This document shows, in pieces, positions 41,364-43,596 of a stretch of 43,596 nucleotides of DNA (within the stretch, counting starts at the first letter, position 1; every line of letters begins with the position of its first letter). The position numbers and the translations under genes were made by a program. Source of the stretch: Minisyncoccota bacterium (lineage in GTDB: Bacteria > Patescibacteriota > Minisyncoccia > Minisyncoccales > UBA10102); the NCBI GenBank assembly GCA_035655395.1, contig DASRUP010000076.1, forward strand, positions 1-43,596, given 5' to 3'. Below the pieces are notes generated by a model that made no database searches, was not told where the DNA came from, and saw only the letters and a program-made list of their open reading frames with translations.

Positions 41364-42875
41364 ATGATTACACAAAACGCCGAAAATCGTATAGCCAAAG
41401 AGCATACAGGAGCAAGAGCGCCGGTTGTGGTGGTGTTGGGGCATGTGGATCATGGAAAGTCTTCTTTGCTTGAGGCGATCCGCGAGGATTTTCGCATTAC
41501 TGCCAAGGAGTCGGGCGGCATTACCCAGCACATGGGGGCTTACCAGGCGCAATATCAGGGCAAGAACATTACGTTTATAGACACGCCGGGCCACGAACTC
41601 TTTTCTGCAATGCGTTCCCGGGGGGCAAAAGTAGCCGATATTGCCGTATTGGTGGTGGCAGCAGACGAAAGCGTGAAGCCTCAAACCGTGGAAGCAATCG
41701 AGCAGGTCAAGAAGGCCGGCATACCAATGGTGGTGGCTATTAATAAGATTGACAAGCTTCAAGCCAACTCCCAACGAGTAAAACAGGAGTTGGCGCAGCA
41801 CGAAGTAATAGTGGAGTCTTATGGCGGAAATGTTCCTTCGGTGGAAACTTCTGCCACGACCAAGCAGGGAATTTCAGAGTTGCTCGAAATGCTTTTGTTG
41901 GTGGCAGATCTCGAAAGCCTGAAGGCAAACCCCGAACAACCGGCAGAGGGCGTAGTAATTGAGTCGTCTCTTGACCCCAAAAGAGGGCCTCTGGCAAGCC
42001 TTTTGGTACTCAACGGCACTTTGCGCCTTGGCGATTGGCTCTCAACTCCTTCCTCGTCAGGGAAAGCGCGCATGATAGAGGATTTTCAGCGCCAGCAGAT
42101 TGCAGAGGCGGGCCCTGCAACGCCAGCCGTAGTATTGGGGTTTTTAATCCCCCCGCGCGTAGGAGATGTATTTCGGGCGTTCGAAAGCGAAACCGCAGTA
42201 CAAGAGTTTGTGTGGGAGAATGAGCTTAAGGAAGTGGCAAAGGGCGCCAGCGAGGTGAATCCGGAAGCAAAACTTTACAACATTATACTGAAAGCAGATG
42301 TAGCAGGCTCTCTCGAGGCCTTGGAAGATGTGTTGCACAATCTTCCCCAGGGCGAGGTTCAGCTTCGCCTCGTGGAGGCAGGCGTGGGAGAAATTACCGA
42401 GAACGACGTGAAACTGGCGCGTTCGACTACTGCTGTAGTCTTTGGATTTCGTACCAAAGTAAGCGTCCAGGCGGCTGATCTTGCAGAAAAGGAGCAAATC
42501 TCTATTGAAACGTTCCAGATAATCTATGAGCTTATCCAGCGCGTGAGAGAAGCTATGGAGCAGTCGCTGAAAGACGAGGGAGGCCGCCAGGAGTTGGGCA
42601 CGCTCAACGTACTGGCGATATTCCTGGTAGATAAGACTAGGCAGGTTATTGGCGGCAAGGTGGTTGAAGGAGAAGTAAGGAAAGGCGTGCGGGCCGAAAT
42701 TATCCGCGCAGGCGAGGTGGTAGGCCAGGGCAAGGTAACTAATGTGCAGCACGACAAAAAAGACGTGCCTTCTGTGGCCAAAGGAAAAGAATGCGGGCTG
42801 TCTTTTGAAGCAGCAGAGAAAGTGCAAGCAGGAGATCAGCTGCAATTTTTTGTCGTAAGAGCTCCCAAAAAGTAG
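41364..42875 (+). CDS. infB: Translation initiation factor IF-2, minimal form beginning at the G domain
   Basis: [29 protein letters not shown] and NKID motifs. 503 aa. ATG 41364 follows the DUF4446 stop by 4 nt. Confidence 0.95.
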   Translation: MITQNAENRIAKEHTGARAPVVVVLGHVDHGKSSLLEAIREDFRITAKESGGITQHMGAYQAQYQGKNITFIDTPGHELFSAMRSRGAKVADIAVLVVAADESVKPQTVEAIEQVKKAGIPMVVAINKIDKLQANSQRVKQELAQHEVIVESYGGNVPSVETSATTKQGISELLEMLLLVADLESLKANPEQPAEGVVIESSLDPKRGPLASLLVLNGTLRLGDWLSTPSSSGKARMIEDFQRQQIAEAGPATPAVVLGFLIPPRVGDVFRAFESETAVQEFVWENELKEVAKGASEVNPEAKLYNIILKADVAGSLEALEDVLHNLPQGEVQLRLVEAGVGEITENDVKLARSTTAVVFGFRTKVSVQAADLAEKEQISIETFQIIYELIQRVREAMEQSLKDEGGRQELGTLNVLAIFLVDKTRQVIGGKVVEGEVRKGVRAEIIRAGEVVGQGKVTNVQHDKKDVPSVAKGKECGLSFEAAEKVQAGDQLQFFVVRAPKK

Positions 42876-42876
42876 T

Positions 42877-43218
42877 ATGAAGAATCGCATTGCGCAGGTA
42901 GAAGAACTCATGCGCCATGAGCTGGCAAACATCATTTTGCGGGAGGTTGAAATGCCAGAAGGCGCGGTGGTTACCTTAACTCGCGTGGTGGCTGCGGGCA
43001 ACTTGCAGCAAGCTCGCGTATATATGAGTGTGGTACCAGATGAGAAGGGCGGGGAAGCGCTAAAAGTCCTTTCGCAAAATATCTACGAAATTCAGCAGAT
43101 ACTCAATGGGCGACTCAAAATGAGGCCGGTGCCCAAAATTCAGTGGGTGCTTGAAACAGCAACCGCCGAGGCCCAGCACATCGAAGAACTCTTAGATAAA
43201 ATTAAAAAACAGGGGTAA
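42877..43218 (+). CDS. rbfA: Ribosome-binding factor A
   Basis: 113 aa. RIAQVEELMRHELANIIL...VTLTRV...ARVYMSV. Confidence 0.9.
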   Translation: MKNRIAQVEELMRHELANIILREVEMPEGAVVTLTRVVAAGNLQQARVYMSVVPDEKGGEALKVLSQNIYEIQQILNGRLKMRPVPKIQWVLETATAEAQHIEELLDKIKKQG

Positions 43219-43229
43219 AATATAGATAT

Positions 43230-43304
43230 GGCGCGATAGGCAAGTGGTAAGCCAAGGGTCTGCAAAACCCTTATGCGTGGGTTCGATTCCCACTCGCGCC
43301 TCCA
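43230..43304 (+). tRNA. tRNA-Cys (anticodon GCA)
   Basis: GGCGCGA/TCGCGCC acceptor, anticodon loop CTGCAAA. CCA is encoded. Confidence 0.9.
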
Positions 43305-43306
43305 AT

Positions 43307-43388
43307 GCCCGGGTGGCGGAATTGGTTTACGCAGAGGACTTAAAATCCTTGACCGAAAGGTTTGTGGGTTCGAGCCCCACCCCGGGCA
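43307..43388 (+). tRNA. tRNA-Leu (anticodon TAA), class II
   Basis: GCCCGGG/CCCGGGC acceptor, anticodon loop CTTAAAA, long variable arm GACCGAAAGGTTT. Confidence 0.9.
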
Positions 43389-43391
43389 CAG

Positions 43392-43430
43392 AAAACAAAA
43401 CAGCTTCCGAAACGGAGCTGTTTTGTTTCT
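43392..43430. terminator. Bidirectional intrinsic terminator (stem of about 15 bp)
   Basis: aaacaaaacagcttccg-aaa-cggagctgttttgttt. Confidence 0.7.
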
Positions 43431-43596
43431 TTACCCTTCCAAAACGACGATTGAGGCGCGCTTGATGCCAAAGTTTTTGGCGTCCCAATACTCGGCAAAC
43501 CAGATATCTACATGGTTTTGCAATCTGGTATTCATGCGGTCTTCCACCACAAATACTTTGTTGCCGTAGAGCTCGGGAATTTTAATCTTCGTTCCC
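43431..43596 (-). CDS. C-terminal 54 codons of a 3D-domain (MltA/YabE-like) cell-wall protein; the gene starts beyond the right edge
   Basis: Hand translation of the minus strand gives GTKIKIPELYGNKVFVVEDRMNTRLQNHVDIWFAEYWDAKNFGIKRASIVVLEG*. This fits the GT.I.I.....F.V.D.......IDI......A..FG pattern of 3D domains. Confidence 0.65.
   Translation of the reverse strand, partial: GTKIKIPELYGNKVFVVEDRMNTRLQNHVDIWFAEYWDAKNFGIKRASIVVLEG

Noticed and set aside
1-43596. A search by eye for CRISPR arrays, IS elements or transposases, integrases, toxin-antitoxin pairs, restriction-modification genes, reverse transcriptase/DGR template-variable repeat pairs and rRNA.
   Set aside because: None was seen. 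The only substantial DNA repeat is the paralogous 5' region of the two glycine-rich genes, which is too divergent to be a DGR TR/VR pair, and no reverse transcriptase gene is present.

Overview
The window is dense, mostly housekeeping chromosome, with 13 tRNA genes and no rRNA, CRISPR array, transposase or integrase. By inference it comes from a small-genome, monoderm, CPR/Patescibacteria-like bacterium. The grounds are domain-minimised core proteins (trigger factor without a PPIase domain, IF-2 starting at the G domain), a secretin-less type IV pilus locus, an LVPCG pilin-like module, many near-leaderless genes and standard stop codon usage.

Gene content, left to right:
- Two tandem paralogous glycine-rich surface proteins (one truncated by the window edge), then rsmA, a LysM-M23 peptidase, a DksA/TraR zinc finger and a GH3 NagZ-like protein.
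- pnp, an NYN-domain gene and rpsO, then tRNA-Lys, an FMN reductase and an AT-rich orphan.
- A cca / tRNA-Pro / pseudouridine synthase / tRNA-Ala co-transcript.
- tRNA-Arg, nusA-tig-clpP, rny and a CPA2 antiporter.
- A more AT-rich accessory block at about 21.7-25.8 kb: an orphan small transcription unit, a 4-TM protein, a secreted Vps62-like 675-aa protein and an anchored 294-aa protein.
- tRNA-Gly and tRNA-Pro, then a histidine kinase, a receiver-only regulator and a type IV pilus operon (pilB, pilC, four minor pilins, pilM/N/O).
- tRNA-Arg and tRNA-His, then a 965-aa DUF2339-like, discoidin-like, TSP3-repeat membrane protein and a 45-aa hyper-acidic miniprotein with a consensus promoter.
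- tRNA-Arg, tRNA-Ala and tRNA-Ser, then DUF4446-infB-rbfA, tRNA-Cys and tRNA-Leu, and the 3' end of a 3D-domain protein.

Best candidates for something undescribed:
1. The giant polyglycine passenger fused to a VirB2/TrbC-like CPR pilin module.
2. The AT-rich secreted-protein and membrane-protein operon together with its neighbouring orphan transcript.
3. The stop-codon-abutting tRNAs inside a tRNA-maturation operon.
4. The hyper-acidic miniprotein.

All family assignments come from motif recognition by eye; no searches were run.
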